A stretch of DNA of 64,000 nucleotides from Phoronis australis. Its lineage: Eukaryota > Animalia > Phoronida. The translations under genes and the position numbers were made by a program. The notes beneath the pieces are model-generated. The model was not told the origin of the DNA. It ran no database searches and saw nothing but the letters and a program-made list of their open reading frames with translations. The stretch covers positions 147,198 through 211,197 of the forward strand of contig NMRA01000293.1 in assembly GCA_002633005.1 (NCBI GenBank), read 5' to 3'. This document shows, one piece after another, positions 36,086 to 48,683 of the stretch; the stretch's first letter is position 1; each line of letters opens with the position of its first letter.

Positions 36086-37950
36086 GAGCTGCTGCTTGCA
36101 TGAAGATATCGGGTCATTGTTATGTTTACGCATGGAAATCCCAGTGGTGGTTTGGTGTTACGTGGTTCACAGCGCGTAAAGCTTTCTCTTTGTTATCAGC
36201 CAATCGAAGTTTTATTTTCAGTTGTGCGGCGTAAATTTTTTGTTTTAATATAGGGTAAAGGAGACTAGATATCGAGTCTACGTACTGAACTTAAAAACGA
36301 ACATTTGTTATTTCACGAAGTAGGCAATGTAATCAACGCATTCGCTTGTTAGGTCCCAGGTTTTTACAATTTATGTTAATAGATACATGCATCTGGCTAC
36401 AAGAAAAGAACGGCTTTGGCAGTTCATTGGGAAGTTAATGTTTTGGTTCTAATAAGGTCATTCGCGGTCAAAGGTTAACAGCAGAGGCGCAGCAATTCAC
36501 GCAAAAAGTAGTTCGATTCGTATTACTAGTGACACCTTTTGAGAAGAATAGATAGCAATTTGCTCGAGATAAACCTAGAACTTTCCTCCAGTTCTATGGG
36601 ATAAGCAACAAATGTTGGCAAATACGTGGCGTGCATTCCGTAGAGTCGAGTATCTCGTGAAAAGGCAAGATTGCGCGATATATCACCATAACGCACTGGC
36701 TTCAGTAGCGATATTCAATTGCGTCTACTGCCAACCCGGCTTACACACGATTTGGTATTTCAAACCATTAGACAACAATAGTGTAACTATAGTATGTTGT
36801 CCTAGCTGTCAAAAGTCACCGAAATTTGTGGATGAGCTTTTCGACATCAGTCACGTTGCAGAAAAGGGAACAGGACCTGTAACAAATACCTTTTTTCCGT
36901 CTTTTTTACCTTTTTTTGGATTTTCCACAATAAGTGCAATTCCCAGAAGTCTGCGTTTGTTTAGAATGGCGCGCTGTAACAGAAAAACTTCTTTGGATAA
37001 TTCAGAACGTAGTGTAGTTTGTAACTTTTTTCCTGGTTTTGCCATGAACGAGTTACTTATTTCGTGGTAGAGCAATGGTTTTTCCAAAAACTCCCTGCTT
37101 TCTGCGCGATCGTGTTTTGTATAGTTCCTGTTCGCGTGATCTCCACAGGTGTAGCCAAAAGTATTCAACACGCGGAGAGCTAAACAGGAAATTGTTGGAG
37201 ACCTGGTGGCTTAAAGGATAAGTGAAGCGCGACAGGCACTTTGCAATGAACGGGGGTAATCGATCGGGGGGGTTTTGCCAATGAAAAAAGGGGACATGGC
37301 CCCGGTTTGTCCCCTCGTGTATACGTCACCAGTAGTGATCATATTATTTCGAGCTGCGGAACGGGGAGGAATCATATGTTGGGGTTCGGGGGGAAGACAA
37401 CTGCACTCGGGTCAAGGCCTAAATTATGGAAATTCTGCCAAAAAAGGGAAATTCAGGCCATGGACAGTGAAATGTAGAGAAGAGAGATAAATTAGACAAA
37501 AAAGTATTTAATGTATGAACAAAACACGCGGGAAGCAAATAAAATTTCCAAATTATTCAATAAAATTTGACATTTTCATCAAACTAACGACAATTACTAT
37601 GCGACCAAAAGCTAAGAATGTTCAGAATCAGAAGATAACCTTTGATGAGCTTGTAGTCACTGTCGGTTTGTGAACCATATGCCCGGGGTAGTGTCATAAT
37701 GATACAGTGATCAACTTCCCCACCCACCCACCCACTGCCCTGCATTTGAGCCCATCCTCTCTGGAATCCCCGAATGATTTCTGTCTGAAAAATGCGGAAC
37801 CGATGTAAACAATCTCGCAACTCAACGCCTAAAGCACTGCCGTGTTGTAGGTTGCTCCTCGTGTCCGATCATTGGTGTCTGGTGTACATGACAGATTTAT
37901 GTATCTAACCAAATAGTACAAATCTATAGATTTTAAAGAGGCACGGGAAA

Positions 37951-38248
37951 CAGTGGCGGATTTAGGGGGGGGGGCAAGGGGGCCATGCACCCCTAAAATT
38001 CTACCAGATACCATTTGGGAGTTCGGGTGCGCGCAAGCAGGGGCTCGTTGGGGGTGAATAAACAATGCATAGGCCCTGAACAAACTGAACCCCGTTCACC
38101 GTTTTTTTGTTTAGTCAACAGGTCTGCAACCCCAAACATTCGAGGCCTCTGCGTCCCCACAATTTAGGCTGGGCGCGCGCATCTGCCGAAATTCTGGTTA
38201 TTCCCGTGCCGTGGTCCCCCTTAACTCAAAATCCTGCATCCGCCCCTG
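37951..38248. mobile_element. GC-rich-terminus MITE with perfect 5-bp TSD (GGAAA)
   Basis: TIR cagtggcggat...atccgcccctg, with ggaaa at 37946-37950 and 38249-38253. Confidence 0.8.
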
Positions 38249-39418
38249 GGAAAGTTAAAACTCATAAAAATACCTTTTCAACAGATCGAGGTTTATCTAC
38301 ACTTGAGGAGACTAACGTGAGAGTTATTCACTTTGAATAGTACAAGAATTTTCAGAAAAAATCGCCAGATTTACTATTTTTGAAACACATATAAAATATT
38401 AACTCTATCACACCAATTTTTTCGAGTTCTATGCTACTTTAACTCGGTAAAAGTATATAATATATTTCCCTTTGAAAATAGAAAGCACTGAGAATTTGAA
38501 TTTTTGACCTTTTACTAATCTTTTATTAATAATTAGGGCACTTGAACATGCATTCTTAGTAAAATTTAGCAAAACAACGTTGTCAATAAGTAAACATGAT
38601 TTAAATTTACTTGATAAAAATGTTAAATGTGATCTCTCGAAAATGCCGTTTCAGTTTTCTAAAATATCATTTTGTGTTTGTTTTATGCAACTTTTAGTTT
38701 TTAATGAAAATCATAAAAGTCCTATTTTGATAGCCTATCATGCAAAAGTTGGAACCTTTTAAAATCAATTCCTAACAGCGATTTGGGGAACAGTGTATAA
38801 AACATAGTATCTGAAAATTTCATATGCACCCAATCAGCCGTTTCTGAGATATGTTGCGAATTTTTTTGCCAAATTTTCACATTTTTCTGGGTTCCAACAT
38901 AACCTTAAGATTCTTGTTCTAGAAGCGACAGCTAGATGTCGCGCCGATCTTTGTGTTTTGTCAATGTTTTATCTACTGACAACGATTCTGGTTTCCAAGA
39001 AACTTTTCAATATGAGCTATGGCAAGCGCATGGTCTTCTTAATACTGTCCTTCATATTTAAATCTCTTAGTCTTGTGTTCATTTTGAATGAAATCTGTAG
39101 ATTAGTCTTAGAAAATACCTTTGGGTTAGGTTGGTCTTGCCATATCGGAGAAGCAATGGCCATCCTATACATACGTTGACGCAAGCTCTTTATTTTCCGT
39201 TGAGCTACTTTCAATAAAATGTGTCTCCGTGTTAGTTTGCGCGCGTGCGTGCGTGTATGCGCTGACAAGCGTACAAAGTGTGGGCTCTTACTTTTATTGG
39301 AGAATCGCAATGTCGTGAGGAACTGTTCATATTGCGTTTATTATTCGTCTATATTATTGAAGGAAAATCGGATGTCTGGAAACCACATTAAATCACAAAT
39401 TTCAGTTGTGAGTAAACG

Positions 39419-41878
39419 TTAACAATTGAAAGTTGAAGCAGTAAGAGTTCTTGCTTGTGATGTCCCCACACTCAAGTTGTTTGCGCAGAATCTTGTTCTG
39501 AAAGTTAAAGCAAAACGGCATCAAAATGCAGTTCACAGAAAGCGATTGGCTCAAAGGCTCAAGACTCCTCATTTTGATCATCATATATTTTCATTCTTGC
39601 AAATTCTAAGGTATAGGCAATTATAAATGTGAGTGCTTTATTAACGTATAAAAGGACATTTTATATTATCATACATTGATTGATGGCGATGCTGGTGACA
39701 ATCGTTTTTTCTTGTGCCGACGCACTTATATTCGAAATAGAATTTGTTTCACGTGTAAAACGCTGTCTAGGCTGCTGCTGATAGCACTAATGACGACGAT
39801 GACGGTGCATGGTCGGCGCAGCATAGGGGCTGGGGAGCTATGGTGCTGCGCCGCAAAACGAAAGGGGGTGGCACCACGAGGGGGGGTTGGGAAACTATAG
39901 TCCCCACTTTTTTCAATGCTGCGCCGCCCGTGTGGTGATGAAGGCTGTCGGTCAGTGCTGATGATGACGATATTGAAGACGATGCTGGTGAAGATTATGA
40001 TGATGACGATGATGATGGTTATTATGGTGACAGTTACGATTTTTTTTAAAGTGATATATATTTATTGAAGAATACACAGAACATACAAAGAAATAACAAA
40101 CCCAGAAACTGCGAATCATTATATCTGGGTTGTAAACAATTTATAAATGAAACTAATATACATAGAGGTATATACAATTAAGTAGTATCTAATATAAGTA
40201 TTCCAATACTTAGATATGCTAATACAAATATATAAAAACAAAAATATGTACAGATTCATGTATGGAAATCATATACAACAATATTGATAAACGGTACATA
40301 AAGATTTACTAACGTTGCTTAGGAGGAATTCGTTGAGAACGAGGTCAAGGTTAGGACTACCATTCAATAGTAATGTAACTGTAGTAGGGATATTATTACA
40401 AGAATTGAGAGCGTTAACAATTGATAGGTTTTCATTTAGTGCACGAAAGAGTGAGTCTATCAGGTATACGATGAGGGGACATTTGAAGAAAATATGAGGA
40501 TAAGATTGATGGTCACCACGTTTACAGTTTGGAGAGACATTAGTAAAGTTGTGCCTGAACTTGTCAGAGTTGAGGAAAAGGCCACATCATGATCTGTACA
40601 ATGATATTTCGTTATCGCAGGGAAGGGAGAATTGAGTCAAGGGTGTTGAGTAATCAAAATTATGAAAAACAGTTCTAGAATTATTTTTTATACTCGTAAA
40701 AGAGTTGCTTTCCTTAACAGAGACTGGAAAAGAATTCCAGTTGTTGATGCACATCATGACTGTAGACCTTCTGAATGCCTGACTGAACAACGGAGGAATT
40801 GCATATGGGGTGGAGGATCTCAAATCACTACAACGGCCTTGTCTAGGGTATAGATCAATTTTTTTTTTGACAGAAACGTTGTTGACATTGTATATTACCT
40901 TGAAAGTAAATGTGGTCATGTGAAGATTGCGTCGAGTAGACAGTTTGGGCCACTTGAGACTATTCAAAACCTTAACACTATTGGATCCCCTGTAAGCTCC
41001 GGTTATGAGTAAGGCAGCTTGATATTGTAACTTCTCCAAATGTTGGAGTGCACCCGTATTGGCAGACTGATATATAACATCACAATAATCAATGCGTGGA
41101 AGTATAAAGGATTTAAACAAAACTTCAAATGTGTAGAATTCAGATGACGAGAGACAAGCTTAAGTGGGTTAATAAGTTCCTGAGTTTTTTGTACGAGCTC
41201 CCGAACGTGAGGGGTGAATGAGAGTTTTTCATCTAATAGTATACCCAGATGTATGTGCGACTGTTTTCTAGGAATGATTTCATCATCAAGTTTAAGGTCA
41301 TAAGACGGGTCAACAAGGAAGAGAGCATTAACAGATTTGGAGAAGGTGAGATCAACGCTTTTTTTCTGGTTTAAAATTCATTCTCCATTCTTGTGACCAA
41401 TAGCTGAGTTTATTTAAGTCGTGTTGAAGCTGCAAAGAGCATTCAGGGCTGCTACCAGCGAAGGGGTAAAAAAGCGCCGTGTCATCTGCATAAAGGTATG
41501 TGCTACATGACAGGTTATCAGGAAGGTCATTAATATAAACCAAGAAGAGAAGAGGGCCCAATACGCTACCCTGCGGTACACCTGCGTTTACAAATTCAGG
41601 AGGGGATAAAGTTGAAAGTACGCCGTCGACACGAACACTGTATGTTCTTTCGGAGAGATATGAGGTGATCATGTTTAAAAGATTACCAGTAATGCCATAG
41701 GATCGAAGTTTGTGAAGTAGAATGTCGTGAGGGACACAGTCGAAAGCAGAAGCTATATCTAGAAAAATGGACCTGACACTCTCGTCCTTCTCAAAATGTA
41801 AATGAATCTCATGTACTATTTCAACAAGTTGTGCCACGGTGACAGTTACGATGATGCTGGCGATGGTGGATGTGTGAC

Positions 41879-41927
<49 letters not shown>

Positions 41928-44900
41928 GATATGATGATGAGTATAAAACTGCTCAACTCACATAGTGCCGTGTTCTCCACTTTGAACTTCAACTTTATCG
42001 ACGTCAAGAAAATCGTTGTAGAGCAAGGACGAGACTGACTTGTACTTGGTGTATTCGACCAGGGCATTGTTAATCTTTCCAAGGTCAATCCGTGACGTAA
42101 TCATCTTGCCGAGATTGGACTCCCCCCTCACTCTTTCGTCTTTGCTAAAGTTGATGAGAAGACGAAGAACACTTTAAAGCTAAAATTTAGGCCTTCCCAT
42201 GAAGGACAAACGCATCATGCAGCCAAAACTGGTCTTTGATTTGGTCACGAAGTGAACCCTGTCGTCGATGTTGATCACGTTTCCCCGAGTCCATTAACCA
42301 ACTGGATAGGCTTTCATAAAGCGTTTTCAAAATTTTGAGGGTTGGCGAAATTTACGTGTTCTTTGTTACAAAAATTTAAACTTACATTTTGCCCTAGGCC
42401 TACTTAGCTGGCTAAATACGAAAATCGAACGTATTTGGTCTCGTGCTCGCAATCTTATAATATTCGTATACCGCGGTAAGATTCTACTACTATCAACATC
42501 GGAACCATCAGCGACACAAGAAAACGCTTTAGAAATTACTGAGGTTGGCCAACCCGAAAATTCAGAAATGGCGCATTCGCACTTTGCGTACTCATTCTGC
42601 TGTAATTCAAGACTGGGTGAGCGTGGTAGTATTCAACCCAAAGCGCTTCATTTAAGAATTTTTCACTGTCTGTCAATTACACAGAGCAAAAACATCTGAA
42701 AATTACGATAGCCACATAGTCACCTGGTAAGGGCTATTTTAGATGTCTGTCCTTGGTCTCCTTTGATTTGTACTTCAACTAGACCCCGGGGACTCTTCCT
42801 TGACGTTGATTTTGACGTCACAAGGGTGATGAAATAATGTCGGTCTGCAAAGATGCACACGATGTAACCATTTTCATGGTTTGCCATTTCACATTCGCAA
42901 AATAAAATACGAAATAGGTACCGGTCGGCGATGACTGAGAACACATGAGAATTAGAATTTTAATGATTGTTCCCTGGAATCCACTACACTGTAAATACTG
43001 GTGGTTATTGGAATCCCGCCCAAACAGGGGTATACTAGTATCCAGGATTTTTGAAAAGGAGGGGGGTGGGATCAAGGATTTTTTTAAAAAGGGGGGTCCA
43101 ATTCAACAATTTGAAAATTCTAGATTTGATGTCACTGAAATCAAGGAAAAATGGAGGTTCGGACCCCCTGAGGTCTACCTATGCGAAGGATCAAATAGAA
43201 ATCTTAAAATGATTTCTGTAGGCCCGTGCTGTAATTTTTAAAAAAATTTTTGCAACGTTCTTTGTAATTCATATAGTGTCCAAAAGGAAGATCTAGTGGA
43301 ATGCAATTCTGGTATTGCATAAACTGTAATGCTCCCAATATAAGACATTAGCATGAAAGAACCTATTTTATAAAGCAAAGCTACCAAAAAATCTCTTGGT
43401 GTGGCAAGAAGCAGGTTCATATTAGTTTTATTTTGAGCAGACAGGAATACGCCATTTAAGTTAAAACTGGTGACTCGACGACGGGATGTGTTGTGGAATC
43501 GTTGTCCAGTTCCTAACATTTTTTACTTACTACAGAATGTAGTTGTATTCTGCGTCTGCAGATACATGCGTCCTCTGGCGTCAGAGAGTTCAGCATTAAG
43601 TCCCATACGCGAGCATTTCGTTTGAGTGCAGTCAAGACATTTTCCCGCCACAAAGTTGTCGTAAGACGAGCACGGGAAGGCGTTGAAGGGACACCTTGAG
43701 TTGATTGATTCAGTGAAGTAATCGCATGCTCTTGCATGGTTGCAAGCAACGGCGGCCTCAGCACCTGAAACGACGTCGGGTGGTAAGTACAACTGACGAC
43801 ATGTAAGATTTGATTTACAAAAAAATTTCGTAAAATAAAACGAGGTTGCCAATAGTTCACGTGCATAATTTATAATTCAAATTTGGTCAACGGGGTGCAA
43901 CATACCTAAAGGGATTAAAGTTTTCCCTCTGATATTATGCATGTGCATGTGGGATATGGCGGGAAGTGAACTTCCGTTGCTTTGTGTAGGAATACGAGAC
44001 CGATTTTATGAGAGTAAAAGCTTAATTCGTTTTTCATTTTTGGTCAGCTAAACGTAACGCAATGCAGCTTCAAGTAGCTTAAACCGCTTTCTCTAACAAG
44101 AAAACTCGAAGACACTGGAACTTTTTTAGGAATTTACTCAAGTTGATTTGACTTTTCATGGGAGTTTTGTCAAAAGTTTGGAAATTTCTGGAAAACACTT
44201 CAAGAATTTTGCTCCAGATGGTTACATAGGTCAAATACATTTGAGTATTTTAGCGAACAGGAAATGGCGGAAATCACTCATGCCACAGCAGTGACCTTCA
44301 AATCCCAAATTTGTGGTCCAGTTTTCACAAAAAAGGAAACCATTCCAGTTGTTCACCACTCTCTTCAAGCTTACAAACGAGCCATGTGTCAAAATATGTG
44401 ATTTACCATTTTCCCATGTTTGCCCGACTTCCCCTGGCTAGGACCGTCGTTTTAAAGTTGCGGCACTTTGTTATTTTCTCTGCAGATATTTTCATGTTTA
44501 CCTAACGGGCATCCTTAAGGCAATGCACACATTAGCAATTAATTGTGGTCCACTGATTGCGTTTCATTAGTATTAAAAATAGATCAGTTGAACTTTAACA
44601 TACTTAATTGATCCAGTTTTGTCAGGCTCCAAACTGCTCCAACCACTTTCTTAGAAAGCGACGTCGGACATCCCGGTTGGTCGTGGCCTCCATTCGGATA
44701 GAAATCAACATGGCCGACGGCATCTTCAGTTCCAAATCCTAACGAAAGGAGGCTGCTGGTGTCTGTGTGGATGACGTCAACGAATTTGGCGTCACTGGGG
44801 TCCAGACGGACTATTTGATCTGTGCCTTCAAACAATGGACGCACGGGATCAAGACCTGAAAATGATCATGTTTATTGAAATTGAGCTATTAGGGAAATTC

Positions 44901-47450
44901 GATTTACATTATTAACCAATTAAAATTTTAAAAACATAGGTTTTTGATCGAGTAGAAATAGTTTTATCGTAGTCGTCAGCAGTTTTTTATCAAAGCGAAG
45001 TGGAGTGGCCGTCTGGGATATTATCAGCTGTTCACCAATATCTAGGCCTAGTGATAAGTTGTTTATAAACCGGTCACAACAACGAGCGCACAAACTTAAT
45101 AGCCAATTAAAGCCTGCAAGGTGTAATTCTTTCACAGATTCGTCCGATGTGACTGCATGTTATGATGAGCGCCTGGCCTTGGAGGGTCGGTCAATTTCAA
45201 TTTAAGATAAAATAAGAAATGAATGAAGTGGTTTGCTAGTCAAAAATAACACCCATGAGCTTCAGGTATCAGGTTAGTCTAGAACTCTGAACACTCACCT
45301 GTGATCCTACCCAGCCCTGGAACAGCAGTGCCCGCGTATCCGGCGATGTGGCCTCCCATGTTGTGACCAATGACGTGAATGTCGCCAGGTGTCGTTTCCG
45401 TGTTGTCCACCAATAGGTTGATGACTTTGGCCACGAGAGCGCCAACCACACGAGTGTTTGCTACCGACTGCATGTAACGCGGGCCAGCACCGGCTCGCCA
45501 GTCGACAGCAATGACATTGTAAGCATCCTGAAAGAGGATGTTCAGTACCCGGATTCTAATCTCCAGATTGAATTCTCAGTTATATTTTCAGTTCTACATA
45601 GAGCAAAATCAACACAAACCACACGACTATAACCAGTGCGTGTTCGAGAGAACTATGATTAACCCGTATCCGATTGGTGTTTAAGTTCGCGCTCATCTGA
45701 TAGACTAGTTCGTAGACGGTTCCGACTTAGTGTAGCTCATGATAGATCATCGTAAAAATGATGTCGAGTAAAAATATGAACCAAGGCTGGTCCTCCCAAC
45801 AGGTGCACAAGTCGGTCTCCTCTACACAATATTTTTTTACATTTAACTTTGCATTGATGTCTTCCTGTATGCAAACCTTTAATTACCGTCTCACTTTCCA
45901 TGTATAAACTGCGCTGGTCTTAGATCGTATGTAAAGATACCCTTTTCGCTTGAGTTCAATTAACAACGTCGTAAAACGGATTTTAACAGAAGTTAGCTCA
46001 GTTGAAACCCAAATAATACTCATTTAACACAACTCCAACTACTTTCAAACTCAGCTGAATTTGATTATTAATTTCAAATTTACTTTTTATTTTGTTAGTG
46101 CACCACCAGTTAAAATAACGGCCCTAATAAGTGACTGCTGACTCATAGGTACTCACTCAACTACCATATGTAGTGAGGTTTACGAAAAAACACCACCTAC
46201 TTTAAAAAGTAAAGAATTATAGGAAAATGCGCTAAATACTGATGAAAGTTACGAAATGTTTATATTTTAGTCATAGCTTTCAACTGACGAAACTCATACT
46301 ATGTTCTAAGTTGATGAATATAAAGCAAAGGGTATTTTAAATCCGAAGCACCGATGCAAACCCTATCTTACAGTAAACCAGATTGTACACTTGTCTAGTA
46401 TACTGATTAGAATACTAAAAATAATTCATTGGTACAGAGTGGTAACAAACAAACGGTGTTTTGTGTATTTTTATGATATGTACGCACGCAATCCCCGTAA
46501 CTTGCCTTTTGAAGGAGTTCCTGAGTCATTTTCTGTACCCAGTCGCGATGTGCGTTGTGAGCAAATCCGTGAATGATGAACTTTGTGGGGTAACTGCCGT
46601 TAAAGTTGGACTGTCGAATAGATGATGGGTCATTATAAAGTATTTCTTGTTCAAAGTCCTTGCCTGGATTTGTCCTATAATGAATATCACGCGGTACTTT
46701 GAACACAATATTGTGACTATTTCATCCTTTGAAATTTCTATCGTCAATTACTACACATGAAGTCAAAATTTGAAAAAATAAATTCTGGTTGCTGTTCAAG
46801 ATAGTTACTACTTTCAATAACTAATTTATGAACCAACAACCTAAGTATCACCACATCAAGACTAGAAATTCCCAAGGCAACGATTGCATTTTTCAGCTGC
46901 GAATTTGTGGTAGAAGAAAAACATGACTTTCTTCAGGAAGACAGTCAAACAATGTCCAGTAATTCTAAAAAGTTCACCTGTATTAAAAAAATATACACAA
47001 TGACTTTTAGTGTAAGGATTTGGGATAGTTTAAACGCCGCCTTTATCGGTATACGTCACGTGCTCTCTGTGGTCATGAAGTATATAGAAAAATGTATTAA
47101 AATCTGATCTCCAAGCATCCGGAAACAATTGTAGTACCTCGTGTACAGGAAAAATCTTGTGTCGATATTGGCCGGGGAGGCGGGTAGCAGAGTTACTGGA
47201 CGGGAGTTGCTTCTCCACGGAAAGTCGGTTGTGAAGCAGCCGATACCTTCATCCTTGTAACACACCTCACGATCCAACAGGAACCCTATAATGTAGGTCG
47301 TTAAAGAAACAGTTTTAACAAAAAATGAATGATTACTTGGACACTGGATAAAGATAGCTTCTCAAAAGATCTTTTAGCTATTGACCAATGGAGACTAAAC
47401 TTACCAAAACTAGTGGTGAAAAGTGCAATATATGGAACCAGCCACCTCAT
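39419..47450 (-). CDS. Pancreatic lipase-related protein (signal peptide, lipase domain, PLAT domain), 486 aa; predicted catalytically inactive (nucleophile Ser to Asn)
   Basis: Nine phase-consistent exons: 47405-47450, 47138-47285, 46506-46674 (GC donor), 45299-45527, 44604-44855, 43531-43764, 42724-42844, 41962-42144 and 39419-39497, totalling 1461 nt with no internal stop. Motifs: [67 protein letters not shown] and terminal FC...C. AATAAA lies at about 39293-39298 on the minus strand. Confidence 0.93.
39808..39932. mobile_element. Short MITE in the last lipase intron
   Basis: TIR catggtcggcgcagcat...atgctgcgccgcccgtg, with flanks cggtg and tggtg (4/5 match, consistent with a 5-bp TSD). 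Confidence 0.6.
40041..41837 (-). mobile_element. 5'-truncated CR1/L2-group LINE (RT plus C-terminal CCHC), frameshifted, with poly(A) tail and 15-bp TSD
   Basis: RT motifs [33 protein letters not shown] and YADD (41352-41837), then ILPRIDYC..., then SPNC...HIFFKC. AATAAA plus an A-tail at 40041-40066. TSD ggtgacagttacgat at 40026-40040 and 41838-41852. Confidence 0.92.
41880..41940. repeat. (GAT)n microsatellite; related degenerate GAT/GGT tract at about 39680-40040
   Basis: About 15 perfect GAT units. They explain the poly-Asp and poly-Ser ORFs. Confidence 0.95.
43025..43183. mobile_element. GC-rich-terminus MITE (CAGGGG...CCTATG) in a lipase intron
   Basis: Its reverse complement aligns with both halves of the LINE-split element at 55729-55770 and 57852-57919. 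Confidence 0.65.
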
Positions 47451-47503
47451 TTCGATACTTTCCTTGTGTAATGAATTGAAACATATGACTCGTCGCACGC
47501 TCG

Positions 47504-47509
47504 CTTTAT
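47504..47509 (-). promoter_or_regulatory. TATA box of the lipase-like gene
   Basis: The minus strand reads gaTATAAAgc about 55 bp upstream of the ATG at 47450, with an Inr-like TCAATT/TCATT about 30 bp downstream. Confidence 0.55.
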
Positions 47510-48638
47510 ATCAGTTCAAGCGCGATCGTTTGCGCAGGAATATTTCCCTGATATTACCAATAGACCCTTTACATTTACTATAGTTTAGTTCCGGTTTCGC
47601 AACGGAATTATAGTCACAGTACTCTATTTCATTAGCTATGGATATTTTTCCTAGGCATCTCCAAAAATTAAATGAATCAATTCAACAAAACTTTTATTCA
47701 GTACAAAGTATCTTTACAAAAATACGTTAAAGTAAACTATCCGTTCGTCTTTCAAAAATGTTAATAACAAATTGTTTATCTGCAGCAAGAAGTTGGACCA
47801 GCGCTATAAAAGCTTATCGTATCCACAGTTTTTGGTAGAAAGTCAACGTGACGAAGTCTGATGTAGTCTCGGAAGTACTTGTCCCAATTTTAGATAGCAG
47901 TAAGCACGTGCTCAGGATTTAACGTTTGCTGAACTTTGGGGTTTCTTCCCAAACATATCACCCTTGTTGCTACTTTCTTCGACTGAGCCCCGAGGACCCT
48001 CAATCCATTATGACTATTAAAACGTGATCCAGGCGTATCAAGCACAGAATTTTCTGACAAAGTGCTTAGGTGAAATTTGGGTGCAAAAGGGCCTTAGCAA
48101 ATTTATCGCTAAAAATGAGCCTATAAATTTATTGGCATTTTCCTGTGGAGTCGATGAGCGGGATTCCATCCTCCAGTGAATTGGTGAAAATAGTTTGACT
48201 TTCCAGTGGTTCGAGTTGCCCTTGCTGCATCGAAAAATCTGACGCTGATGTATGACGTAGACCTAATCTGAAAAGTGTACGTAACATCCGTGGGAACATA
48301 ATTGGCCGAACCAGGCCTCGCATATCTAAGTTCAACTGATCGAGAGAGCTGCACCTAGAGGGCAATACGTCATTTTCAGTTGTTTTCTCATTAAGGTTAT
48401 AACTGTCGGAGACACATCCTTTCTGTTACGGTTTTGCGCGTCAGTTTGCATCCAAGCTTTATGTTACTTGTACTAAAGTCCCTGTCATACAAAACACGTT
48501 CTGAGCATGCCCGAGATCATCTTTTTCTTCTTGTTCTTCGTTGCATTATATCTCAGTCTCCATGTACAATACTGGAAACCAGGGCTCATTCATTGAGTAG
48601 GGCACTCAGGATAAATGAATTCTCATGATAAAATAATG

Positions 48639-48683
48639 ATGGTGGTGGTGGTGGTGGTGGTGGTCGTGGTGGTGGTGATGATG
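48639..48683. repeat. (GGT)n microsatellite (duplicated at about 51363-51407)
   Basis: Direct reading of the GGT/GAT run. Confidence 0.9.

Noticed and set aside
41802-42088. Poly-Asp and poly-Ser ORFs as a biomineralisation-type acidic protein
   Set aside because: They derive from an intronic (GAT)n microsatellite next to a LINE; the real exon here (41962-42144) uses another frame.
42187-42301. Alternative lipase terminal exon (SWLMDSGK...HGKA stop)
   Set aside because: Weak acceptor and no PLAT similarity, whereas 41962-42144 plus 39419-39497 complete the domain.
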